DNA of 62,507 bases, counting the filler, from Nitrospinae bacterium RIFCSPLOWO2_12_FULL_45_22 (GTDB taxonomy: Bacteria; 2-12-FULL-45-22): NCBI GenBank assembly GCA_001803565.1. It is 4 parts of 4 records of this genome, joined end to end, with 100 filler letters (N's around TTAATTAATTAA, not from the genome) between each part and the next. Parts side by side here need not be neighbours in the genome. Positions count along the whole stretch, not along the records: positions 1 to 22,408 come from MHDQ01000039.1; positions 22,509 to 39,363 come from MHDQ01000040.1; 2 more parts are not named here. One strand, written 5' to 3'. Under the pieces are notes generated by a model. It worked only from the letters and a program-made list of their open reading frames with translations. It was not told the origin of the DNA and made no database searches. Position 1 is the first letter of the stretch, and each line of letters opens with the position of its first letter. Positions 17,884 through 28,391 of this stretch are shown here, piece after piece. A program made the position numbers and the translations under genes.

Positions 17884-19665
17884 ATGTCTGCCCAATTAGA
17901 TGTACCCTTCTTGGCTAATATTTTTCAAGAACTAATGGCCGTTTTAAAAGATAGCAAGAAAGCTATTTTACCTGAAAACGAGAATAAGTTTTGTGCTAGG
18001 GCTGCCGATATCCTATTGTCCGATATCATGAAGTTAAGCAAGATTGCATGGGATTGCAGCAATGGCGGTTGGATCGAGATTCGCGGAAGGTGGCAAGATA
18101 TCAGAAGAAAAGTAGAAATGGCGTCGCGGAGATTTAACCTCCTAAGTCCCTTGGGCCAAAAATATTTTGAAGCAGACCTAAGAAGATGGGTGATTGAATG
18201 TGGGCTCAGGCAGGATCAGAATATAATCAGGCAACTAAAGAAAGATCCACTTTATCCTTCTGAAGCCATTAATCGCCTTTTTGAAATGGCAGAGAAGAGA
18301 ATAGGTGAGAGGGTAGGTGAGTCTGATAATGGTGTAGATATTTCGTTTGATATGTCCGTATTGATCAATATTTTAGAAGAACTAAAAGATGTTTTTAAAG
18401 AAAGCGGGAAGGCTATTCTTCCTGAAAACGAGGATAAGTTTTGTGACAGGGCTGCCGATATCCTATTGTCCGATATCATGGGGTTAAGCAAGATTGCACG
18501 GGATTGCAGCAATGGTGGTTGGATCGAGATTCGCGGAAGGTGGGATTATATAAAAAAAATATTAGAAATAGAGCAACCAATTTCCCCGAAGATTTGGGGT
18601 GAAGTATCGCTTAAGGTAAAGAGGGCTATATTAATTGCAAAAAAATTTACTGTAAGTCAAATTGTAGACATTACTGGAATAAAATATCAGAGCGTGGAAA
18701 CGGTAATACAGAGGCTTCTAAAAGAAGGTGCACTTATCAAAGTCAATTCTGATAACCTGGTTTCGCCAGAAGGGACAACTACAAAGAAGGGGAGGCCCAA
18801 ACAGTACTACACTTTTGCCAATCCTGAAAAAACTAAAATGCTTCGAGATAATTTGGATGCCCTCTTACAAGAGCAATCTCTGGTTGAACCATCGAGACAT
18901 AAGCCTAAAAACCCCCATTTTATGAAAGCCCTTTCAACTATCGATTCGTTAGAAGCATCCTGTTCTGAAATTACTGATAATTTGTTAAATGAAATTGATA
19001 TTAATCTTTCCCTTGCGCGAGAATATGAGGAGATGGTTGATGAAAATAATGAAATAGCTATGGCATATATTGATTTTGCTCAAGCCAGATTGGAATATTT
19101 AAGAGAGGAAAGAGAAGAGGGCGAGAAACTTTTAGAGAATGCTAAAAATGTTTTCAAAAAATACAAAATGCCTGAAGAACAATCTATTGATGAATACCTA
19201 ATTTCCTCAAAGTTAAGTCTTGCAATCAAAGAAACAAAAAAAGCTATTAAAAATGAAAACTATGAAATATTGGCACATAAATTAAATAGCTTAACGTCAG
19301 ATTTTGCCTCCTATTCTATTTTACCCTCTATTACCTCCCGAATAAAGGAATTCATTGAAACTGCTTGCCAACTATCTAACCTAACAGGTGACTTACTGGG
19401 CAAAAATAGGAGGTTGGAAGAGCAAATTCAGTCATTATTGGAGGAGAACGAAAAACTTAAGATCCAACAACAATTATCCAGCGAAATAAATCGCAATTTA
19501 TCAGAAGCAGTAAAGAATTATTCATTGATACCTGAAGCTCGTTATCCACAGCACGAATTGCCGAAACCTAGTTTATTTGGCGAAGGTGAACCATTACGAC
19601 TACCTGAAAAGGTGTTGACTCTCTCAGAATTTAGTTTACGTAATAAACGAAAGGCAGTAAATTGA
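17884..19665 (+). CDS. Protein with a duplicated N-terminal domain, a winged HTH and a helical/coiled-coil tail
   Basis: Two copies of KAILPENE.KFC.RAADILLSDIM.LSKIA.DCSNGGWIEIRGRW; wHTH-like FTVSQIVDITGIKYQSVETVIQRLLKEG...GRPKQYY. Confidence 0.8.
   Translation: MSAQLDVPFLANIFQELMAVLKDSKKAILPENENKFCARAADILLSDIMKLSKIAWDCSNGGWIEIRGRWQDIRRKVEMASRRFNLLSPLGQKYFEADLRRWVIECGLRQDQNIIRQLKKDPLYPSEAINRLFEMAEKRIGERVGESDNGVDISFDMSVLINILEELKDVFKESGKAILPENEDKFCDRAADILLSDIMGLSKIARDCSNGGWIEIRGRWDYIKKILEIEQPISPKIWGEVSLKVKRAILIAKKFTVSQIVDITGIKYQSVETVIQRLLKEGALIKVNSDNLVSPEGTTTKKGRPKQYYTFANPEKTKMLRDNLDALLQEQSLVEPSRHKPKNPHFMKALSTIDSLEASCSEITDNLLNEIDINLSLAREYEEMVDENNEIAMAYIDFAQARLEYLREEREEGEKLLENAKNVFKKYKMPEEQSIDEYLISSKLSLAIKETKKAIKNENYEILAHKLNSLTSDFASYSILPSITSRIKEFIETACQLSNLTGDLLGKNRRLEEQIQSLLEENEKLKIQQQLSSEINRNLSEAVKNYSLIPEARYPQHELPKPSLFGEGEPLRLPEKVLTLSEFSLRNKRKAVN
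17962..18543 (+). repeat. 132-bp direct repeat (17962-18093 and 18412-18543)
   Basis: Manual alignment: 9 mismatches, 450-bp in-frame offset. Confidence 0.9.
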
Positions 19666-21959
19666 TAGTCGCCGAGAAATTAGAATTTACAGAGTATTTA
19701 AAAAAAGGGATAGAAGCTCGCGAAAAAAAGGAATATGAACCTGCCATAAAATTTCTTAACATAGCCGCAGAGCATAATCCTGATGATGCCCTCCCTTATT
19801 TAGCCATTGGTCTGGTTTATAAGGATCAAAAAAAACCAGAAGATGCTATTGGTGCATTTGAGAAGGCAATTGAAATTGACCCCAAAAGAGCTGATGCATA
19901 TAAGGTACTTGGTCTTTCCTACAGGGAATTAGGACGAGTTGAAAAAGCCGAGAAGGCATTTCAGAATGCCCTTGAATTTGAAGTCTTTACTGATAACAGA
20001 ATACAAATCCTTTCTATTTTGGGAGCCATTTTTCTTAAGCAGAGAAGACACAATGAGGCAATTGATACATTTAAAAAAGCCCTTAATCTCGCTCCCAATA
20101 ACTCTAGCCTTTTTTATAAATTAGGAATGTGTTATTTTGAGAATGGAAAATATGAAGAAGCTATAAATACATTGATTCAAAGTTTAGAAATTGAAGAAAC
20201 TGTGGAGGCAAATAATCTTCTTGGAATTATTTATGGTTATACTAATCGGCACAAGGAAGCAGAAAAAGTTTTTAAAAAAGCCTTAAAAATAAATTTTGAA
20301 AATGCGGCAACCCATATAAATCGTGGTATGGCTTGCATGGCTTTGGGAAAGATAGAGAAAGGAATTAGAGACTTTAAGAAAGCGGTAGAACTCAACCCTC
20401 AGAGTTATACAGCTCGGTTTTTATTGGGGTTAGCGTATTTAGCTGATGAAAATAAACAGAAAGCTTTGTTCTGTTTAAAAGAAGCCATGAAATTGAAAGA
20501 TGAAGAACCCCAGGTATTATACACGATGGGCTATATTCTTTTAGCAACTGATGAATACGATGAAGCCGAAAAAGTAATTGAAAAGCTGATAGGCTTGAGT
20601 CCTAGAGATGCAGACGCTTACAATCTCCTTGCCGGTATAAAATTTAAACAGAATGAAATAGAGGAAGCTCTTGATATTCTGAAAAAGGCAATTTCCCTTA
20701 AGCCTAGAGAAGCGATATACTATTTCAATATGGCCTCAGCCTATAAAGCCTGTGGACGGGAAGAAGATGTCATCAAAGCCATAAATAGAGCCATTGAGTG
20801 TGATGAAAAAGATGCCCAAGTTTATCACATAGCAGGTCGTTTGTTGAAAGATATGAAAAAGTATACAGAAGCCTTAATTAACTTTGAAAAGTCTATTGAA
20901 CTTGAGGATGGTAGATATACCACCTATACCGCTTTAGGAGGGGTTTATCTAGAATTAGATAAGATTAAAGAGGCCAAAGAAGCTTTTCAAAAAGCTATCA
21001 GTTTTAATCCCCAATATGCTCCGGCCCTTTTTTACTTGGGGTTGTGCTTTCACTGTGAAGGAGATTACACAAGAGCTATTCGGCCTTTAAAAACCGCTAT
21101 TAAATACAAACCTGAAAATGTTTCTCCATACCAATTATTGGCTATAGTATATGATATGTTGGATAATTACAATGAATCTATAAAGGTAATTACCAAAGCA
21201 ATAGAAATAGAACCTGAAAATCAGGGACTTTACTATATATTGGGTAATATCCATTTAGGTTTCCAAGAGTATGAAAAAGCTAGGGATGCCTATAACAAAC
21301 TAATAGAATTGAACCCCCAATCTGCAGAAGCATATCTGGGAATTGGAAGGATTTATTATAAGCGTAAAGACTTTGAAAAGTCTATCGAAGCTATTAAAAA
21401 GGCAATTGAATTTAAAAACAATTACCCAGATGCCTATTATTGGTTAGGGAGTGTGTATCATGAGAATAAAAATCTTAGGGAGGCAGAGGAATCTCTTAAT
21501 AAAGCTATTGAATTAGATCCTTCAAGAGAAAATTATTATAATAGTTTGGCAGTTGTTTATAAAGACCAGAAAAGATATGAAGATGCCTTTCAAACAGTCA
21601 AAAAAGCCCTGGAACTAGATCCTGATGAGTCAGTTTATCACAATAATCTGGGCTTTACTTATTATCTGATGGGCCATATAGACAAAGCCATAGAAAAATT
21701 CAATGACTCAATTAACATTGATCCAGATGATTCAAGACCATATTTTAACTTAGCCATGTGCCATATAATACAAGGGAAAGAAGAAGAGGGAATAAAAGAG
21801 TATCAGAAGGCGTTAAAAGTTGATCAAAAATTTGTAAAAGCACAGATAAGAGAACATATTAAAGACCTTGAAGATGCACTTGCTGAACACCCTGAATGGG
21901 AAACAAAATTGCAACCAGCCTTGAAATTATTACAGGAAAATTTGAACGGAAAGAAATGA
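19662..21959 (+). CDS. Tetratricopeptide repeat protein (about 20 TPRs)
   Basis: Continuous 34-aa periodicity (AY..LG..Y...A...F.KAIELNP); start overlaps the upstream stop. Confidence 0.93.
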   Translation: MIVAEKLEFTEYLKKGIEAREKKEYEPAIKFLNIAAEHNPDDALPYLAIGLVYKDQKKPEDAIGAFEKAIEIDPKRADAYKVLGLSYRELGRVEKAEKAFQNALEFEVFTDNRIQILSILGAIFLKQRRHNEAIDTFKKALNLAPNNSSLFYKLGMCYFENGKYEEAINTLIQSLEIEETVEANNLLGIIYGYTNRHKEAEKVFKKALKINFENAATHINRGMACMALGKIEKGIRDFKKAVELNPQSYTARFLLGLAYLADENKQKALFCLKEAMKLKDEEPQVLYTMGYILLATDEYDEAEKVIEKLIGLSPRDADAYNLLAGIKFKQNEIEEALDILKKAISLKPREAIYYFNMASAYKACGREEDVIKAINRAIECDEKDAQVYHIAGRLLKDMKKYTEALINFEKSIELEDGRYTTYTALGGVYLELDKIKEAKEAFQKAISFNPQYAPALFYLGLCFHCEGDYTRAIRPLKTAIKYKPENVSPYQLLAIVYDMLDNYNESIKVITKAIEIEPENQGLYYILGNIHLGFQEYEKARDAYNKLIELNPQSAEAYLGIGRIYYKRKDFEKSIEAIKKAIEFKNNYPDAYYWLGSVYHENKNLREAEESLNKAIELDPSRENYYNSLAVVYKDQKRYEDAFQTVKKALELDPDESVYHNNLGFTYYLMGHIDKAIEKFNDSINIDPDDSRPYFNLAMCHIIQGKEEEGIKEYQKALKVDQKFVKAQIREHIKDLEDALAEHPEWETKLQPALKLLQENLNGKK

Positions 21960-22307
21960 ATATTAATGTTTTCTCCCAAAATATTCTCCCCATATTCGGA
22001 TAGCTTAATCTTTTACTATTCGGAATGGTGTTAACACCAACCTCTTATATTTTTAACTAAAATTACTCAAATGCTGCCCAAAATCCAACCTCTCTTTTGT
22101 ATTTAACCAAAAAGCATGACTCCCTCACTCGGTGGGGCAATCGTTTATTTCAGTTACGGAGGGAAAACTATCCGTAAAATAGCGATTAAAAATAGCCTAA
22201 GAGTAGAAAAGTCCTCTTGGAATAAGACTTTCGAGAGAGTATAATGCTTAAAAACATTCACCCACTGGGTGAAACAGCAAACCTTAAACTCAAGAGGACT
22301 GAGAAAT

Positions 22308-22408
22308 ATGGTACAACAAACTGTTTTGCCTTTCAAGATAGAGATGACGGATGAGGTATTGACGCCTAGGGCGGGGTTAGCCTTGATAGCGGAATATATA
22401 CATGGGCT
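22308..22408 (+). mobile_element. IS1380-family-like transposase N-terminus, cut by contig end
   Basis: MVQQTVLPFKIEMTDEVLTPRAGLALIAEY with a GAGGA RBS. Confidence 0.65.
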
Positions 22409-22508
22409 NNNNNNNNNNNNNNNNNNNNNNNNNNNNNNNNNNNNNNNNNNNNTTAATTAATTAANNNNNNNNNNNNNNNNNNNNNNNNNNNNNNNNNNNN
22501 NNNNNNNN
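22409..22508. other. Artificial contig linker
   Basis: N run, TTAATTAATTAA (stops in six frames), N run; 100 nt total. Confidence 0.95.
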
Positions 22509-22509
22509 A

Positions 22510-22647
22510 GAAGCTGGGGCAGAACTTGCACCTGAAGCACAAATAGAGATCAGCCCCCTTTATGCGCTGGACAAAGAAGAACTAATAAAAAAGTTCAAAG
22601 GGCAAGCTATATATATAGGTGAAGATACCTTTCTTGGTGTCAGTTGA
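22510..22647 (+). CDS. C-terminal fragment, probably UDP-sugar pyrophosphorylase (UDPGP family)
   Basis: Manual translation EAGAELAPEAQIEISPLYALDKEELIKKFKGQAIYIGEDTFLGVS-stop; IEISPLYA motif. Confidence 0.55.
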   Translation, partial: EAGAELAPEAQIEISPLYALDKEELIKKFKGQAIYIGEDTFLGVS

Positions 22648-22714
22648 CGGATCAAGGTTTTTTTGCTAAAGTTGTAACCAGAAATAATTTGTGTCAAGCA
22701 TAAATCTATACCAG

Positions 22715-22838
22715 GCACGGTAACGTCAAAGTTATGCTAAATGTGCCCTGTAAATCAACCCTGAAGGGTTGATTTATCAAGGCTAAAGCCTTGAGTTACA
22801 TAATCAGATATTTCAAGACAACTTTGACATGACCGTGC
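22715..22838. mobile_element. MITE, 124 bp, 19-bp TIRs, 8-bp target duplication TATACCAG
   Basis: gcacggtaacgtcaaagtt vs aactttgacatgaccgtgc (17/19 match); tataccag on both sides; internal hairpins. Confidence 0.8.
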
Positions 22839-22888
22839 TATACCAGGGCGAGAAGCAGTGCCCCATGCCTTAATAAGGGATTGAAAGA

Positions 22889-24217
22889 GTGGCCTTTTCT
22901 GCGTGGTTTCAATGTATTCATGGTTGTAATGAACACTACCCTCTGACGGAGATCATCTATCGTTGCAAGCGGTGCGGTGGTCTGTTAGAGGTAGTACATG
23001 ACATGAATGAATTAAAAAAGAATAGCCCAGCGGAATGGAAGCAGATCTTTGATGAGCGCTACATGCGGACTACCTGGCCATATGGCAGCTCTGTCTGGGG
23101 AAAGAAGGAGTTGGTTTGCCCCGTAGTAGATAATGAGAATATAGTATCTATGTATGAGGGAGGGACCAACCTCTTCTGGGCCAGGCGTTTTGGCGAAGAG
23201 ATTGGCCTGGAAGACCTATGGATTAAACAGTGTGGGAATAGTCACACCGGGTCATTTAAGGATTTAGGTATGACCGTCCTGGTCTCTATGGTCAAGCAGA
23301 TGATAGCAGAGGGTAAGGATATTAAGGCAGTAGCATGCGCCTCTACCGGTGATACTTCTGCTTCTCTGGCCGCTTATTGTGCCGCTGCCGGGATACAGGC
23401 AGTGGTCTTTTTGCCTAAAGACAAGGTATCCCATGCCCAATTAATTCAACCCATTGCTAATGGGGCCCTGGTCCTCTCTCTGGAGACTGACTTTGATGGC
23501 TGCATGGCGATAGTCCAAAAAATCTGTGAAGAAAATAATATTTATCTGGCTAATTCTATGAACTCCCTGCGGATAGAGGGGCAAAAAACTATTAGTATCG
23601 AGCTGGCGCAGCAGTTTGATTGGGAACTGCCCGATATAGTGATTATCCCCGGTGGGAACCTGGGCAATGTAACTGCTTTAGGTAAAGGTTTTTTGATGAT
23701 GTATGAACTGGGGTTGATTGATAGACTGCCCAGGATTGTCTGTGCCCAGGCCGAGAGGGCAAATCCTTTATATATGAGCTATCTGACAGGATTTAAAGAA
23801 TACCACCCTATTCAGGCCAGACAGACTTTGGCGAACGCTATCCAGATTGGTAACCCTGTCAGTATTGAAAAAGCTACCCATATATTGAAGGCTTTTAATG
23901 GGATAGTAGAACAGGCTACAGAAGACGAGTTGGCTAATGCTGCGGCCCGGGCTGACCGGACAGGCCTATTCAATTGCCCCCATACCGGCGTGGCCCTGGC
24001 TGTCCTAATAAAACTAATAAATAGAAAAATAATAAAATCTACTGACCGGGCAGTGGTTATATCTACGGCCAATGGGTTGAAGTTTCCGGAGTTTAAGATC
24101 AATTACCATGAGGGCCGATTAAAAGATGTGGCGCCTGAACATATTAATCTACCGCTAGTGCTTCCTGCCGATCTAAGCGATGTGAAGCGGACCCTCCGGG
24201 AAAAGATCGGCTATTAG
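22889..24217 (+). CDS. thrC: Threonine synthase
   Basis: N-terminal CxxxC/Cxx[12 protein letters not shown] (PLP Lys), [17 protein letters not shown]. Confidence 0.92.
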   Translation: MAFSAWFQCIHGCNEHYPLTEIIYRCKRCGGLLEVVHDMNELKKNSPAEWKQIFDERYMRTTWPYGSSVWGKKELVCPVVDNENIVSMYEGGTNLFWARRFGEEIGLEDLWIKQCGNSHTGSFKDLGMTVLVSMVKQMIAEGKDIKAVACASTGDTSASLAAYCAAAGIQAVVFLPKDKVSHAQLIQPIANGALVLSLETDFDGCMAIVQKICEENNIYLANSMNSLRIEGQKTISIELAQQFDWELPDIVIIPGGNLGNVTALGKGFLMMYELGLIDRLPRIVCAQAERANPLYMSYLTGFKEYHPIQARQTLANAIQIGNPVSIEKATHILKAFNGIVEQATEDELANAAARADRTGLFNCPHTGVALAVLIKLINRKIIKSTDRAVVISTANGLKFPEFKINYHEGRLKDVAPEHINLPLVLPADLSDVKRTLREKIGY

Positions 24218-24222
24218 CGCAC

Positions 24223-24829
24223 CTATCTCTCCTCAGCCGGTTTGGAAGACTCTCCAGGCCGGGAATAAATAATTAACCTTAAACAGGCCAACCACAGAAA
24301 GCCTGCTAAGCTATTGAGCCAGATATCTTTAATATCAAAAACCCTATTTGGTAGATAATATTGAAGGCCTTCATCCAAAACACCTATAAATGTTATAAGC
24401 AAAAAGACCTGGAAATAGCGAATATCCCGGTTTCCAGCATCTCCTAACTGAAAAGATTTCCCCATAAAATAGCTCAGTAGGGCATACTCTATCAGATGGA
24501 TCTTTTCTGCGGGGATAGAGATAGTTTTTAAATAGTAGCCAAAGATAGTGGCTATGGCAACAAAGTTGAGATAGGTGGTGATATTCCTTTTCTGAGAAAT
24601 AAAAAATAGATACCCTAACATAGTTATTGTGCTTGATAGATAGATAAGATAGATAGAATAGAGCGGGAGATAGCCAAAACTGACCTGGAGATATTTCCAT
24701 ACCGTAGGGGTAATGGGTAAGCTAGCAAAGATAAAGAGGGTATAAAAGATAGTTATTATCCNNNNNNNNNNNNNNNAAGAGGGTATAAAAGATAGTTATT
24801 ATCCAGTATCTGGTCCGGTTCAGAACCAT
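24223..24829 (-). CDS. VanZ-like membrane protein (spans an N gap with overlapping flanks)
   Basis: EKIHLIEYALL and DEGLQYYLPNRVFDIKDIWLN; manual extension to MVLNRTRYW at 24829. Confidence 0.8.
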
Positions 24830-25103
24830 TTAATTATCTCCCGATTCGTAAATGTTTAGCCAAAATAAGGATGTTTATCCCGCCGTTGCAGGGTTTAGAT
24901 TTTATCTCCGACAATTTTGTGATGAGTTTTATTTGGCTAAACTATTACCCCGATTCTTTATAGAATGCAGAGCCTAAAGCGAAAAGCGCAAAACTATAGA
25001 ATAATTCCCTGGCTTTGCACTTTTAGTTTGTTTTGGGTGTGGCTATTCTTTGTCATAACTCCTATATAATATAATTTGTAGTGGTCGAGCTTGCTCGACA
25101 TTC

Positions 25104-25244
25104 CTATACAGAGCGACATAATTATTTGCGCATACCAACATTGCCCGTCATTCCGGGCTTGACCCGGAATCCAGCATCTTTTCTGGATTCCGGCTTTCGC
25201 CGGAATGACGACTTATGCGTATTTAATTTGGACGCTGTGTATAG
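25104..25244. mobile_element. MITE carrying a GTCATTCCG...CGGAATGAC palindrome
   Basis: Imperfect TIRs of about 31 bp (ctatacagagcg / cgctgtgtatag) around gtcattccgggcttgacccggaatccag...ctggattccggctttcgccggaatgac. Confidence 0.7.
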
Positions 25245-25407
25245 CAGCACCCAAAGGGTACCCGGCTCTGCCACTACAGGGTTAATTGGTTTCTGACCGA
25301 AAATAGCCACACCCTTTGTTGCTGTAGAGTATCATAGTTGGGTCTTGGGGTAAAGCTAATATCACCATTATGAAAAAGAATAGGTTTAGGTAAAGAGGGG
25401 GAGAGAG

Positions 25408-26181
25408 ATGCAGGTAAACTTAGAGGGCAGGGTAGTTTTGGTTACTGGGGCCACTAAAGGGGTAGGTAGAAACATTGCCTTGAGGCTAGCAGAAAATGGT
25501 GCCAGTGTAGCTATTAATGCCAGACAGCCTGGGCCGGCTGGAGAAGTGATCCAACAAATTGAGGCCCTGGGGCAAAAGGCGATTTTTGAACCGGCTGATA
25601 TAACAGATTATCAGGAAGTAAAAAGGATGGTGGCTAATGTTATACAGAGACTGGGAAAGATTGATATCCTGGTAGTTAGTGGCGGAGCAACGGAAGAACT
25701 CAAGCCAAATTTCTTTTATGGGATAAATCCAAATGACTATACGGTTTATGTCAAAGGGCAGTGGTTAAGCAGGCTTTATTGTGCCCGGGCAGTGCTGGAT
25801 CATATGATTGAGCGCAAATGTGGTAAGATAATATTTTTAGGCACTGATGGAGGTAGATGGCCTACCCCAGGAGAGTCTATTGCGGGTGGTGTAGGAGCGG
25901 CATTGGTAATGAGCACGAAAGTGCTGGCTAAGGAGTTTGCCCGCTGGCAGATCCGGGTAAATACTATATGTATAACGGTAACACGAGATACTCCCGGCTT
26001 AGAATGGGTGTTGAAGGATAGCCCAGCCGCTAAGATATTCCAGAGGGCTTTAGAACGCCAGCCCTTTCCCGTTACCTCGGATGATGTAGCTGAGGCCGTC
26101 TTATTCTTTGCCTCGAATGAATCTGACCAGATTACCGGTCAGATACTTAGTGTGAATGGTGGCTTGAGCTTCCCGGGCTAA
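25408..26181 (+). CDS. Short-chain dehydrogenase/reductase (BadH/FabG-like)
   Basis: TGATKGVG and ITGQILSVNGG; no canonical YxxxK. Confidence 0.85.
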   Translation: MQVNLEGRVVLVTGATKGVGRNIALRLAENGASVAINARQPGPAGEVIQQIEALGQKAIFEPADITDYQEVKRMVANVIQRLGKIDILVVSGGATEELKPNFFYGINPNDYTVYVKGQWLSRLYCARAVLDHMIERKCGKIIFLGTDGGRWPTPGESIAGGVGAALVMSTKVLAKEFARWQIRVNTICITVTRDTPGLEWVLKDSPAAKIFQRALERQPFPVTSDDVAEAVLFFASNESDQITGQILSVNGGLSFPG

Positions 26182-26187
26182 ATAGCT

Positions 26188-27494
26188 TCAAGCCTGGTAT
26201 GGTTCTATGATCCTGGTCATCTCTGGAGCTATTTCTGGTGGGAAGATAAGCCACTCTTTGACAAACTTCCCTTTTACCAACGCACCGACCAGTTCAGAAA
26301 TAGCCGATATTTCCAGACGCTGCCCCGTGCGACTTTTAATCACGATACTGGTGCGGGGTTTATCTTCTTCTGGGCGATAATAATCNNNNNNNNNNNNNNN
26401 NNATAATCGTACGGCCGATCTACTGATTTAACTGAAGCCAGATAATATTCCGGGTGAAAACCGCTCCTTTTAACCAGCTCGCGGGCTTCGCTATAAAGCT
26501 TTTCACTCTTCTCCAGCCCTAAATCCGGTGGGATCTGTTCCGCCTTAAACAACTTACGGCACAGGAAGCGACGGCTTAAGTCAGATACGATTTCGTCCGG
26601 GTCTTTGGCCCATTGCTTGATATGATACCATAAGGTTGAATCATCCAGTTCTAAATATTCCCTGGCAGATATAGGTTCTCCCATTAACCATTTACGTACC
26701 GTGGCATCACAATAACCCAACTTATTACTCCGCTCTCTGGCCCGGAGTAAAATTCTCTCCAGATGAGTCTTAGCTGCCCAGTTCTTGCGGTGGTGATAAA
26801 CCTGGATAAACATAGAGTAACGCGCAAATAGATAGTCTTCCACGGGATTCTTCCCCTTTTCATCACTTACCAGTATCTGATCATGCTCTTCATCTATCTC
26901 TAAAGAGATAAGAACCCTTTGTAGATCGAAGCGGCCATATTCTGTACCGGTCAAATAGCTGTCCCGTAAAAGATAATCGAACCGGTCGCAATCCAGTTGG
27001 CTGGAGATGAGATGGCAGATATATTGTGGCCGGAATTCTTTTTTTATGACTTGAGAAACCTGCTCAGGCAGGTCTTTTTGATACTTAGCTAAGATATAGT
27101 TTATTGCAGTGTCTTCTGTCAGTATCCGGATGGTCCAATCTTCGTGGTCATATCCTATTATATCTTCCGTGGCATGGCTGAAAGGACCGTGACCGATATC
27201 GTGCAGCAAGGCAGCACATAAAGCCGCAGTCCGATAAGATGTTACTCGGGGACAGGTCTCCTGTAAATAACTCAGTAGTTGCCGGGTGATATGTAAGACC
27301 CCTAAAGAATGAGTAAACCGGGAACCTTCTGCCCCATGAAAGGTAAAGAAGGCTAAGCCCAGTTGTTTGATATGCCTGAGTCTCTGAAATTCTGGGGTAT
27401 CAATCAGCTCTATTAGCACCCTCTCTTCTTCCTTAGTCCTGTTAAGGACTATACCGCCATGAATAGGGTCAAGATAGATCCGTTTGTCCCTCAT
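26188..27494 (-). CDS. HD-domain phosphohydrolase (dNTP triphosphohydrolase-like)
   Basis: FQRLRHIKQLG, SRFTHSLG, LLHDIGHGPFSH, LDCDRFDYLLRD. The C-terminus continues after the gap (DYYRPEEDKP...IEPYQA-stop at 26188). Confidence 0.9.
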
Positions 27495-27505
27495 TGATTG
27501 CTCCC

Positions 27506-28312
27506 TCAGAAAGGCTTTAAGCCAAACATGCTCCTTACTCTTTTTATGTCTTTCTCCCGGGGCATGGCATAGATGCCAGCGCGGCTGATAGCTGGCCAAC
27601 CTAACCTGTCCTTGAGGTCAACTATTGCCTCTGCCGCCTTAAGGCCGATAACGACACAATCGAGCAACTGGGCGCCATTTTCATCCACCATAGTCACACC
27701 AGACATGGTACAATGGGGTGCCAGCCCTGCACAGCCAACAATTACTACTTCAGCACCATCAGCCACGCAACCCCTGGCCTTGTCCAGGATGTCAGATACT
27801 ATCAGGTAGGGTTCCTGAAAACCCTTGGTAAAGACGTCTCGGTTAGCCATAGAGATGGTCCTCACGGGATGGGTTATAGCCCTTTCCTGCAGCCCTTGCA
27901 ACTTAATCATAACCTCCAGGTTAGTGGCTACCTTATTATCATTAGCGGTAACCACAGCAAAGCGATGTCCCAACATACAGGCCAGGAGCATGGAGGCTTC
28001 ACCAATACCTATAACAGGTATATTTACTACCTCGCGGGCTTCCCGTACACCAGGGTCTTCAAAGCAGCCTACCAGGGCCGCATCAAACCCCTCTTTCTCG
28101 GCTTCCATAATCTTCTCGATGATCTCCTTTTTATTTAACAGGTCAAAATAAGCCGATGAAGAGACTGCCAGACTCTCCAGGCCCGGCTCTACTGACTTGA
28201 AGGATACCTCGGTCCCGGGCCTCAATACCTTAGGGAACAACTGCCTGACTAGATCATAATAAGGTTGAGAAATTCTCTCTACCGTGATGTTAACAAAACA
28301 TATCTTAACCAT
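27506..28312 (-). CDS. Asp/Glu/hydantoin racemase family protein
   Basis: VGCFEDPG, PVIGIGEAS and IVGCAG (two catalytic Cys). Confidence 0.88.
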   Translation of the reverse strand: MVKICFVNITVERISQPYYDLVRQLFPKVLRPGTEVSFKSVEPGLESLAVSSSAYFDLLNKKEIIEKIMEAEKEGFDAALVGCFEDPGVREAREVVNIPVIGIGEASMLLACMLGHRFAVVTANDNKVATNLEVMIKLQGLQERAITHPVRTISMANRDVFTKGFQEPYLIVSDILDKARGCVADGAEVVIVGCAGLAPHCTMSGVTMVDENGAQLLDCVVIGLKAAEAIVDLKDRLGWPAISRAGIYAMPREKDIKRVRSMFGLKPF

Positions 28313-28391
28313 ATCAATCTCCTTTTTTTCATGCCTTCTCTTTAATTGTACACCATTCCCTGCGCTCGTCGTTCTGAACAGTTACACTCAA

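Noticed and set aside
17962-18543. DGR template/variable repeat pair, prompted by the Avd-like gene at 3383
   Set aside because: Only 4 of 9 mismatches are at A in copy 1 and 1 of 9 in copy 2; both copies are in one ORF; no reverse transcriptase in the window.
22453-22464. TTAATTAATTAA as a biological motif (also at 39408 and 53253)
   Set aside because: Always centred in a 100-nt N spacer, so it is a six-frame-stop contig linker; adjacency across it is not evidence.
24735-24804. 28-bp direct repeat in the VanZ-like gene
   Set aside because: The copies flank an N gap and merge into one clean reading frame, so these are overlapping contig ends.
25081-25310. Short ORFs 25081-25296 and 25122-25310
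   Set aside because: They are read through palindromic repeat DNA and show no protein-family features.
26340-26410. Frameshift in the HD protein (and similarly in cbiM at 4279-4303)
   Set aside because: The frame change coincides with an N gap of estimated length.
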